64,000 bases of DNA. It comes from the human T2T-CHM13v2.0 reference genome, Homo sapiens. This document shows positions 13,170 through 28,118 of this stretch, piece after piece. The stretch lies in NCBI RefSeq assembly GCF_009914755.1, contig NC_060933.1; one strand, given 5' to 3'. The translations under genes were made by a program, and so were the position numbers. Position 1 is the stretch's first letter; each line of letters begins with the position of its first letter. The notes under the pieces were generated by a model. It saw only the letters and a program-made list of their open reading frames with translations. It did not search any database and was not told where the DNA came from.

Positions 13170-15184
13170 CCTAAGGTTATAAAGTAAGCACAAGTAAATA
13201 CATAAAAACGTTAGGTCAACGTGTAGCTCATGAGGTGGCAAGAAATGGGCCACATTTTCTACCCCAGAAAATCTCACGACAACCTTTATGAAATCTAAGG
13301 GCTCAAGGAGGATTTAGCAGTAAACCAAGAGTAGAGTGCTTGGTTGAGTTTGAATAAGGCCACGAAGCACGCACACACTGCCTGTCACCCTCCGCAAATA
13401 TCATTCTAGAAATATTATTTAAATTCTCTATACATGAATAGAGGAGATAAGTCGTAATATGGTAAGTGTACTGGAAAGTGCTCTTGGACAAACAAAGTGT
13501 CGCTTAACCCAAAGCATCCAGCTTACACCCGGAAGATTTCATCACAACCTGATCACTTTGAGCCAACCCTAGCCCCAAACCTCACTAAAAATACTATTAA
13601 ACCATCGTAATCAAACCATTTACCTTAGACAAAAGAATAGGCAATAGAAATTCTTATCTTGGCACAATAGATACAGTACCGTAAGGGAAAGATGAAAGAA
13701 CTGAGCAAAGACAAGCCCTTATACCTTCTGCATAAAGTATTAAGTAGAAATAACTTTACACAGAGATAGCCAAGTCCCCCGAAACCAAATGAGCTATGCA
13801 AGAATGGCTGAAAGAGCGTACTCACCTACGTGGCAAAATAGTGGGAAGATTCATGAGTAGTGGTGATAAGCCTATCAAGCCTGCTGATAGCTGGTTGTCC
13901 AAGATAGAATCTTAGTTCAGCTTTAAACTTACCCACAGAATTACTTAATCTCCCTGTAAGTTTAACTGTTAATCTAAAGAGGGACAGCTCTTTAGACCCT
14001 AGGAACCAACCTTCCTACAGAGAGTACAAAATAACATCGCCATAGTTGGCCCAAAAGCAGCCAACAATTAAGAAAGTGTTCAAGCTCAACATCCAAGTAT
14101 CTTAAATTCTAATCACTCTACGGAACTCCTAACATTACACTGGTCTAATCTATTATTTAATAGAAGCAATAATGTTAATATAAATAACATGAAAATATTC
14201 TCCACCGCATAAGCTTACATAAGACTGGAATAACCCACTGACTGACAGTTAACAGCTAGATATTTTACAATAACCATCCTATTATTTATACTGTTAATCC
14301 AACACAGGCATGCTCTAAGGAAATATTACAAAAAGTAAAAGGAACTCGGCAAATCTTACCCCACCTGTTTACCAAAAACATCACCTCTAGCATTACCAGT
14401 ATTAGAGGCACTGCCTGCCCAGTGACATATGTTCAACGACCACCATATCCTGACCTTGCAAAGGTAACATAATCACTTGTTCCCTAAATAGGGACTTAGA
14501 AGAATGGCCACATGAGGGTTCAGCTGTCATGAGGGTTCAGCTGTCTCTTAAGTTTAATCAGTAGAATCTGACCTATTGGTGAAGAGGAGCTTATAAGCAA
14601 ATAAGATGAGAAGACCCCATGGCACTTTAATTCATTAATGCAAATAAAAACTCAAAAAGCCTATAGGCCTTAACCTACTATCTCTGCATTAAAAATTTTG
14701 GTTGGGGTGACCTCATAGCATATTCAACCTCCGAACAACCTAAACTAAGACCACAGTAGTCTAAGCGAGTTAATACACATTGACCCAATAATTTGATCAA
14801 CAGAACAAGTTACCCTAGGGATAACAGTGCAATCCTATTCTATCATATCAATAATAGGGTTTACGACCTCGATGTTGGATCAGGACATCCTAATGGTGTA
14901 GCCGCTATTAAGGGTTCATTTATTCAATGATTAAAGTCCTATGTGATCTGATTTCAGACCAGAGTAATCCAGGTTGGTTTCTATCTGTTTAACATTTCTC
15001 CTAGTATGAAAGGACAAGAGAAATACGGCCCACTTCATAAAGTGCCCTCCCCCCATAAATGATGCTATCTCAATCTAGGAAATCACCACACACCCAAGAA
15101 CAGGGTTTCTTAAGATGGCAGAGCCTGGCAATAGCATAAAACGTAAAACTTTACAATCAAAGGTTCAACTCCCCTTCTTAACAA
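13170..15184 (+). pseudogene. NUMT: 3' part of 12S rRNA, tRNA-Val (13493-13561), 16S rRNA, tRNA-Leu(UUR)
   Basis: Conserved motifs GGAGATAAGTCGTAA, CCTGTTTACCAAAAACATCACC, ACGACCTCGATGTTGGATCAGG. Confidence 0.95.
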
Positions 15185-15185
15185 T

Positions 15186-17348
15186 ATGCCTATAATTAAC
15201 CTTTTCCTACTTATATTCCCACTCTAATTGCTATAGCATTCCTTACACTTAACAGTTACGCAAAGGACCTAATACCGTAGGCCCCTGTGGACTGCTTCAA
15301 CCATTTGCTGACCCAATAAAACTTTTCACCAAAGAACCCTTACGACCCTCAACGTCTACTGTTACCCTTTATATCATTGCCTCCAACCCTGGCCCTTTCT
15401 ATCACCCTCCTCTTCTGGACTCCCCTTCCTATACCCCATCCCCTAATTAATTTTAATATAGGCCTCTTATTTATTCTAGCCACATCAAGCCTAGCAGTCT
15501 ATTCCATTCTATGATCAGGATAAGCATCCAATTCAAATTATGTACTAATCGGCACACTACGAGCTGTGGCCCAGACAATTTCATATGAAGTCACCCTAGC
15601 CATTATCCTGCTATCACTACTACTACTAAGTGGCTCAACTTATACGCATGCATCACAATGCCAGAATTACTCTGACCGCTCCTACCATCATGACCCTTAG
15701 CCATATTATGATTTATTTCCACACTAGCAAAAACTAACCGAGCCCCTTTTGACTTAACAGAAAGAGAATCAGAACTAGTTTCAGGCTTCAATGTCGAATA
15801 TGCTGCAAGTTCATTTGCCCTCTTCTTTATAGCAGAATATATGAATATTATTGTATAAATGCCCTGACTACTACTATTTTTCTAGGAGTACTACACACTA
15901 TGTATTCACCAGAACTCTGTACCATAAATTTCATTACCAAGACCCTCCTTTTAACCACCGTTTTTATGAATCCGAACAGCATACCTCCAATTCCACTACA
16001 ACCAACTCATATACCTTTTATGAAAAAATTTCCTACCACTTACATTAGCATTCTGCATATATCTCAATGCCTTTCCTAATTTCCAGCATTCCACCCCAAA
16101 CATAGGAAATATGTCTGACAAAAGAATTACTTTGATAGAGTAAACAAGAGAGGTTAAAATCCTCTTATTTCTGGAACTATCGGAATTGAACCTATCCCTG
16201 AGACTCCAAAATTCTCCATGCTACCTATTAAACCATATCCTAAAGTAAGTTCCGCTAAATAAGCTATTGGGCCCATACTCCTGAAAATGTTGGTTATACC
16301 CTTCCCATACTAATTAATCCATTAGCTCAACTTATTATCTCTCTTACTATTTTCACAGGAACCCTCATCACAATGCTACGCTCACACTGATTTCTTATCT
16401 GAACAGGCCTAGGAATAAATATAGTAGTTCTTACCCCCATCTTGATTAAAAAAACAAATCTCCACTCTACAGAAGCAGCCACCAAATATTTTCTTACACA
16501 AGCAACTGCATCTATAATTCTCATGATGGGTATCCTTTTCAACAACCCGTCCTCCGGGCAATGGACAATAATAAACACTACTAATCAATTTTCATCCTTA
16601 ATAATAACAGCCCTAGTAATAAAACTAGAAATAGCCCCCTTTCACTTCCGAGTCCCAGAAGTAACCCAGGGAACTTCTCTAATGTCTGGCATACTTCTCC
16701 TCACATGACAAAAACTAGCCCCTATCTCAATTATATTTCAAATTTTCCCATCAATAAACACGACCAGTCTCCTATCTATCACAATCCTATCCATTAACGT
16801 AAGCGGTTGAGGAGGACTTAATCAAACACAATTCTGCAAAATCTTAACCTACTCCTCAATTACTCATATAGGTTGAATGATCCCAGTACTAACTTATAAT
16901 CCAAACGTTACCATTATAAATCTGATTATTTACCTTATTTTAACAACTACCACATTTCTAGCACTTAGCCTAAGTATAAGCACTACAACCCTGTCACTGT
17001 CTCACACTTGAAACAAATTAACATGATTAACACCTATAGTTTCACTAATTCTACTATCCCTAGGAGCTTTACCTCCATTAACAGGATTTCTGCCTGAATG
17101 AGTCATCATTCAAGAATTTTCAAAAAACAATAGTCTTATTACCCCAACCATTATAGCTATCATAACACTACTCAACCTGTAGTTTTATATATGCCTAATT
17201 TACTCCATCTCAATGACAATATTCCCCACATCCAATAATACGAAAATAAAATGACAATTCAAAAACACAAAACCCATATTACTCCTCCCTCCACTTATTT
17301 CTTCTACCTTCCTCTTACCCATCTCTCCACTGATTCTAGTTATAACTT
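15186..17348 (+). pseudogene. NUMT: ND1, tRNA-Ile/Gln/Met, ND2
   Basis: ND2 peptide [16 protein letters not shown]; ND1 TNRAPFDL; mitochondrial gene order; indels and stops. Confidence 0.93.
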
Positions 17349-17740
17349 AGAAATTTAGGTTAAATAAGACCAGGGACCTTCAAAACCCTTAGTAAATGAA
17401 TTATACTTAATTTCTGTAACAAACCCAAGGACTGCAAAACTCTATTCTGCATCAGTTGAACGCAAATCAACCACTTTAATTAAGCTAAGTCCTTGCTAGA
17501 TCGGTGGAATTCAAACCCGCAAAAATTTAGTTAACAGCTAAATACCCTAATCAACTGGCTTCAATCTACTTCTCCCTCCATGTGGGGGGAGGGTGGTAGG
17601 CCGGAGAAGCCCTGGCAGCATTGAAGCTGCTCCTTTGAATTTGCAATTCAACATAAAAAATTACCTCAGGGCTGGTAAAAAGAGGTCTTGACCTCTGTCT
17701 TTAGATTTACAGTCCAATGCTTACTCAGCCATTTTACCCT
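17349..17740. pseudogene. NUMT: WANCY tRNA cluster with light-strand origin remnant (17569-17609)
   Basis: tRNA-like sequences in mitochondrial order; CTTCTCC...GGAGAAG stem. Confidence 0.88.
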
Positions 17741-17751
17741 TTTTTCCACTT

Positions 17752-20487
<2,736 letters not shown>

Positions 20488-20489
20488 GA

Positions 20490-22003
20490 ATGCCTCAACT
20501 AGATACTTCCACATGATCCATTATTATCCTGTCAATAATCATAACTTTATTCTCCATTATTCAGTTAAAATTATTAAATTTCATTTATATTATCCCTACA
20601 CCAAAAATAATCAAAACACAAAAACACAAGGCTTCCTGAGAATTAAAATGAACGAAATCTATTCATCTCTTTTGCTACCCCTACAATTCTAGGCCTACCA
20701 GCAGTAGTATTAATCATTCTGTTTCCCACTGTTTCCAACCTCTAGTCATCAAATTAGTAACCAATTATTTTCTATTCAACGATGATTAATCCAACCTGCA
20801 CTAAAACAGATAATAATTACCCATAACATTAAAGGACAAACCTGATCCCTTATAATAATATCCCTAATTATCTTCACTGCCTCAACCAACCTCCTTGGGC
20901 TTCTACCCCATTCATTTACACCAACTATCCAATTATCAATAAACCTGGGTATAGCAATCCCCCTGTGAGCAGGCGCAGTAATTACAGTCTTCTGCTTTAA
21001 AACGAAAAACTCCTTGGCTGGCTTTTTACCACAAGGCACACCTATGCCACTTATCCCTATACTAGTAATCATTGAAACCATTAGCCTATTTATTCAACCA
21101 ATAGCATTAGCTGTGCAATTAACAGCCAACATTATAGTCAGTCATCTACTAATACATTTAATTGCAGGAGACACACTAGTACTATTAGCTATTAGTTTTC
21201 CCACAGCTTCAGTTGCTTTTATTATTCTAATCCTACTGACTATTCTCAAATTCGCCATAGACCTTATTCAGGCTTATGTCTTCACACTACTAGTAAGCCT
21301 TTATCTATATGACAACACATAATGACCCACCAAACACATGCTTGCCATATAGTCAAACCCAGCCCCTGACCACTAACAGAAGCTCTCTCAGCTCTACTAA
21401 TAACATCTGGCCTGGCCATGTGATTTCACTTTAATTCTACTACTCTTTTAACCCTAGGCCTATTAATCAACACACTAACTGTATACCAATGATGATGTGA
21501 TATTATCTGAGAAAGTAAATTTCAAGGCCACCATACAACAGTTGTCCAAAAAGGCCTCCAATATGGAATAATTCTATTTATTATCTCAGAAGTATTCTTC
21601 TTTGCTGGTTTCTTCTGGGCATTCTATCACTCTAGTCTAGCCCCAATGCCAGAATTAGGAGGACACTGACCCCCCAACAGGCATTTTTCCCCTCAAACGC
21701 TTAGAAGTACCTTCCTGAATACATCTGTATTATTTGCATCAGGAGTTTCAGTTACTTCGGCTCATCACAGCCTGATAGAAGGAAATCGAAAGCAAATAAT
21801 TCTAGCACTATCCATCACGATTACCTTAGGTATTTACTTCACCCTCCTACAAATCTCAGTACTTTGAGGCCCCTTTTACTATCTCTGATGGGATCTATGG
21901 CTCAACATTCTTTACAGCCACAGGCTTTCATGGATTTCATGTTATTATTGGATCAACATTTCTCACTATCTGCTTCCTCCGCCAATTAAAATATCACTTT
22001 ACA
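20490..22003 (+). pseudogene. NUMT: ATP8, ATP6 (20648-21322), 5' part of COX3
   Basis: ATP6 C-terminus LPQGTP...[18 protein letters not shown]; COX3 start MTHQTHA. Confidence 0.95.
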
Positions 22004-24304
22004 AGATGTCTGAATAGGAATAGCTCCAGTCTGCAGCTCCCAGCATGATCGACGCAGAAGATGGTGATTTCCGCATTTCCAACTGAGGTACCTGGTTCAT
22101 CTCATCGGGACTGGTTGGACAGGGGGTGCAGCCCACAGAGGGCAAGTTGAAGCAGGGCGGGGCATCACCTCACCCAGGAAGCACAAGGGGTCAGGGGATT
22201 TCCCTTTCCCAGCCAAGGGAAGCCATGACAGACTGTACCTGGAAAATCAGGACACTTTTGCCCAAATACTGTGCTTTTCCAACAGTCTTACCAAATGGCA
22301 CACCAGGAGATTATATCCCATGTCTGGCTTGGCAGGTCCCACACCCACGGAGCCCTGCTCACTGCTAGCACAGCAGCCTAAGATCCACCCATGAGGCAGC
22401 AGCCTGGCAGGCGGAGGGGCGTCCGCCATTGCTGAGGCTTGAGTAGGTAAACAAAGTGGCCAGGGAAGCTCGAACTGGGTGGAGCCCACCACAGCTCTGC
22501 AAGGCCTGCTGCCTTTGTAGACCACACCTCTGGGGGCAGGGCATAGCTGAAAAGGCAGCAGAAACTTCTGCAGACTTAAACGTCCCTGTCTGACAGCTCT
22601 GAAGAGAGCAGTGTTTCTACCAGCATGGTGTTTGAGCTCTGACAATGGACAGACTGCCTCAGGTGGATCCCTGATGCTTCTGTAGCCTAAGTGGGAGACA
22701 CCTCCCAGTAGAGGCCAACTGACACCTCATACAGGTGGGTGCCTGTCTGGGACGAAGCTTCCAGAGGAAGGATCAGGCAGCAACATTGGCTGTTCTGCAA
22801 TATTTGCTGTTCTGCAGCCTCCACTGCAGATACCGAGGCAAACAGAGTCTGGAGTGGACCTCCAGCAAACTCCAAGAGACCTGCAGCTGAGGGACCTGAC
22901 TGTTAGAAAGAAAACTAACAAACAGAAAGGAATAGCATCAACATCAACAAAAAGGGCATCCACACCAAAACCCCATCTGTAGGTTACCAGCACCAAAGAC
23001 CAAAAGTAGATAAAACCACAAAGATGGGGAGAAACCAGAGCAGAAAAGCTGAAAATTCTAAAAACCAGAGGGCCTCTTCTCCTCCAAAGGATTGCAGCTC
23101 CTTGCCAGCTGGATGGAGAATGACTTTGACGAGCTGACAGAAGTAGGCTTCAGAAGGTTGGTAATAACAAACTTCTCCAAGCTAAAGGAGGATGTTCAAA
23201 CCCATCGCAAGGAAGCTAAAAACCTTGAAAAAAGATTAGACCAATGGCTAACTACAATAAACAGTGTAGAGAAGACCTTAAATGACCTGATGGAGCTGAA
23301 AACCATGGCATGAGAACTACAGGACGCATGCACAAGCTTCACTAGCCGACTTGATCAAGTGGAAGAAAGGGTATCAGTGATTGAAGATCAAATTAATGAA
23401 ATAAAGCGAGAGGAGAAGTTTAGAGAAAAAAGAGTAAAAAGCAACAAGATAAAGCCTACAAGAAATACAGGACTATGTGAAAAGACCAAATCTACATTTG
23501 ATTGTTGTACCTGAAAGTGACGGGGAGAATGGAACCAAGCTGGAAAACACTCTTCAGGATATTATCCAGGAGAACTTCCCCGACCTACCAAGGCAGGCCA
23601 ACATTCAAATTCAGGAAATACAGAGAACTCCACAAAGATACTCCTTGAGAAGAGCAACCCCAAGACACGTAATTGTCATATTCACCAAGGTTGAAATGAA
23701 GGAAAAAAATGTTAAGGGCAGCCAGAGAGAAATGTCGGGTTGCCCACAAAGGGAAGCCCATCAGACTAACAGCGGATCTCTCAGCAGAAACTCTACAAGC
23801 CAGAAGAGAGTGGAGGCCAATATTCAACATTCTTAGAGAAAAAGACTTTTCAACCCAGAATTTCATATCCAGCCACACTAAGCTTCATAAGTGAAGGAGA
23901 AATAAAATCCTTTACAGACAAGCAAATGCTGAGAGATTTTGTCATTACCAGGCCTGCCTTACAAGATCTCCTGAAGGAAGCACTAAACATGGAAAGGAAC
24001 AACCAGTAGCAGCCACTGCAAAAACATACCAAATTGTAAAGACCATCGATGATAGGAAGAAACAGCATCAACTAACGGGCAAAATAACCAGCTAACATCA
24101 TAATAACAGGTTCAAATTCACACATAACAATATTAACCTTAAATGTAAATGGAATGAATGCCCCAATTAAAAAACACAAACTGGCAAATTGGATAAAGAT
24201 TGAAGACCCATCACTGTGCTGTATTCAGGAGACCAATCTCATGTGCAGAGAAACACATGGGCTCAAAATAAAGGGATGGAGGAAGATCTACCAAGCAAAG
24301 GGAA

Positions 24305-24336
<32 letters not shown>

Positions 24337-27300
24337 GCAGGAGTTGCAATCCCGGTCTCTGAAAAAAAAGACTTTAAGCCAACAAAGATCAAAAGAGACA
24401 AAAAAGGCCATTACATAATGGTAAAAGGATCAACTGGGCAAGAAGAGCTAACTATACTAAATATATAGGTACCCAATACAGCAGCACCAAGATTCATAAA
24501 GCAAGTCCTTAGAGACCTATAAAGAGACTTGGACTCCCACACAATAATAATGGGAGACTTTAACACCTCTCTGTCAATAATAGACAGATCAATGAGACAG
24601 AAGGTTAACAAGGATATCCAGGACATGAACTCAGCTCTGCACCATGTGAACCTAATAGACATCTACAGAACCCTCCACCCCAAATCAACAGAATATACAT
24701 TCTTCTCAGCACGACATCACACTTATTCCAAAATAGACCACATAGAAGTAAAGCACTTCTCACCAAACGTAAAAGAACAGATATCACAACAAACTGGCTC
24801 TCAGAGCACAGTGCAATCAAATTAGAACTCAGGACTAAGAAACTCACTCAAAACCGCACAACTTCATGGAAATTGAACAACCTGCTCCTGAATGACTACT
24901 GGGTAAATAATGAAATGAAGACAGATATAAAGATGTTCTTTGAAACCAACGAGAACAAAGACACAGCATACCAGAATCTCTGGGACATATTTAAGGCAGT
25001 GTGTAGAGGGAAATTTATAGCACTAAATGCCCACAAGAGAAAGCAGGAAAGAGCTAAAATCGACACCTTAACATCACAATTAAAAGAACTACAGAAGCAA
25101 GAGCAAACAAATTCAAAAGCTAGCAGAAGGCAAGAAATAACTAAGATCAGAGCAGAACTGAAGGAGATAGAGACACAACTCTTCAAAAAATCAATGAATC
25201 CAGGAGCTGGTTTTTCAAAAAGATCAACAAAATAGATACACTGCTAGCAAGACTAATAAAGAAGAAAAGAGAGAAGAATCAAATAGAGGGAATAAAAAAT
25301 GGTAAAGGGGATATCACCACCGATCCCACAGAAATACAAACTACCATCAGAGAATACTATTAACACCTCTACACAAATAAACTAGAAAATCTAGAAGAAA
25401 TGGATAAATTCCTGGACACATACACCCTCCCAAGACTAAACCAGGAAGAAGTTGAATCTCTGAATAGACCAATAACAGGCTCCGAAATTGAGGCAATAAT
25501 AGCCTACCAACCAAAAAAAGTCCAGGACCAGATGGACTCACAGCCGAATTCTCCTAGAGGTACAAAGAGGAGCTGATACCATTCCTTCTGAAACTATTCC
25601 AATCAATGGAAAAAGAGGGAATCCTCCCTAACTCATTTTATGAGGCCAGCATCAGCCCGATACCAAAGCCTAGCAGAGACACCACAAAAAAATAATTTTA
25701 GACCAATATCCCTGATGAACGTCGATGTGAAAATCCTCAATAAAATACTGGCAAACCCAATCCAGCAGCACATCCAAAAGCTTATCAACCACGATCAAGT
25801 CGGCTTCATCCCTAGGATGCAAGGCTGGTTCAACATTTGCAAATCAATAAACGTAATCCATAACATAAACAGAACCAATGACAAAAACCACATGATTATT
25901 TCAATAGATGCACAAAAGGTCTTTGACAAAATTCTACAGCCCTTCATGCCAAAAACTCTCAATAAACTAGGTATTGATGGAATGTATCTCAAAATAATAA
26001 GAGCTGTTTATGACAAACTCACAGCCAATATCATACTGAATGGGCAAAAACTGGAAGCATTCCCTTTGAAAACTGGCAAAAGACAAGGATGCCCTCTGTC
26101 ACCATTCCTATTCAACACTGTGTTAGAAGTTCTGGCCAGGGCAATCAGGCAAGAGAAAGAAATAAAGGGTATTCAATTAGGAAAAGAGGAAGTCAAATTG
26201 TCCCTGTTTGCAGATGACACGACTGTATATTTAGAAAACTTGGTCATCTCAGCCCCAAATCTCCTTAGGCTGGTAAGCAACTTCAGCAAAGTCTCAGGAT
26301 ACAAAATCAATGTGCAAAAATCACAAGCATTCCTATACACCCATAACAGACAAACATACAGCCAAATCATGAGTGAACTATTCACAATTGCTACAAAGAG
26401 AATAAAATACCTGGGAATCCAACTTACAAGAGATGCGAAGGACCTCTGGACCTCTTCAAGGAAAACTACAAACCACTGCTCAATGAAATACAAGAGGACA
26501 CAAACAAATGGAAGAACATTCCATGCTCATGGATAGGAAGAATCAATATCGTGAAAATGGCGATACTGCCCAAAGTAATTTATAGATTCAATGCCATCCC
26601 CATCAAGCTACCAATGACTTTTTTCATAGAACTGGAAACAACTACTTTCAAGTTCATATGGAACCAAAAAAGAGCCTGCATTGCCAAGACCATCCTAAGC
26701 CAAAAGAACAAAGCTGGAGGCATCACACTACGTAACTTCAAACTATACTACAAGGCTACAGTAACCAAAACAACATGGTACTGCTACCCAAACAGAGATA
26801 GACCAATGGAACAGAACAGAGGCCTCAGAAATAACACCACACATCTACAACCATCTGATCTTTGACAAACCTGACAAAAACAAGAAATGGGAAAAGGATT
26901 CCTTATTTAATAAATGGTGCTGGGAAAACTGGCTAGCCATATGTAGAAAGCTGAAACTGGATCCCTTCCTTACACCTTATAGAAAAATTAATTCAAGATG
27001 GATTAAAGACTTAAATGTTAGACTTAAAACCATAAAAGCCCTAGAAGAAAGCCTAGGCAATACCATTCAGGACTTCATGATGAAAACGCCAGAAACAAAG
27101 GCAACCAAAGCCAAAACAGACAGATGGGATCTAATTCAACTAAACAGCTGCACAGCAAAACAAACTACCATTAGAGTGGACAGGCAACCTACAGAATGGG
27201 AGAAAATTTTTGCAATCTACCCATCAGACAAAGGGCTAATATCCAAAATCTACAAAGAAATTTACAAGAAAAAAACAACCCCATCAAAAAGTGGGCAAAG

Positions 27301-28107
27301 GATATGAACAGACACTTCTCAAAAGAAGGCATTTATGCAGCCAACAGACATATAAAAAATGCTTATCATCACTGGTCATCAGAGAAATGGAAATCAAAAC
27401 CACAATGAGATACCATCTCATGCCAGTTAGAATGGTGATCATTAAAAAGACAGGAAACAACAGATGCTGGAGAAGATGTGGCGAAATAGGAACACTTTCA
27501 CACTGTTGGTGGGAGTAGTGTAAACTAGTTCAACCACTGCAGAAGACAGTGTGGCGACTCCTCAAGGATCTAGAACTAGAAATACCATTTGACCCAGCCA
27601 TCCCATTACTGGGTATACACCCAAAGGATTATAAATCATGCTGCTATAAAGACACATGCCCATGTATGTTTATTGTGGCACTATTCACAATAGCAAAGAC
27701 TTGGAACCAATCCAAATGCCCATCAATGATAGACTGGATAAGAAAATATGCCACAAATATCCCAAGGAATACTATGCAGCCATAAACAAGGGTGAGTTCA
27801 TGTCCTTTGCAGGGACATGGATGAAGCTGGAAACCATAATTCTCAGCAAACTAGCGCAAGGACAGAAAAGCAAACACTGCATGTTCTCACTCATAGGTGG
27901 GAGTTGAACAATGAGAACACTTGGACACATGGCAGGGAACATCACACAAAGGGGCCCGGGGGAGGGATAGCATTAGGAGAAATACCTAATGTAAATGACG
28001 AGTTAATGGGTGCTGCAAATCAACATGGCACATGTATATCTATGTAACAAACCTGCACATTGTGCACATGTACCCTAGAACTTAAAGTATAATAAAAATA
28101 TATATAC
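22004..28107 (+). mobile_element. Full-length, inactivated primate L1 (L1PA5-7-like) inserted in NUMT COX3
   Basis: 5' UTR start CAAGATG..GAATAGGAA, ORF1 from 23024, ORF2 EN/RT remnants (FADD) with start mutated to ATA, 3' UTR and A tail; TT/AAAA site and TSD ATCACTTTACA at 21993-22003 and 28108-28118. Confidence 0.95.
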
Positions 28108-28118
28108 ATCACTTTACA

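Noticed and set aside
23024-27907. L1 ORF1/ORF2 as functional coding sequences (also 54813-59607)
   Set aside because: Multiple stops and frameshifts; the ORF2 start is mutated in the first element.
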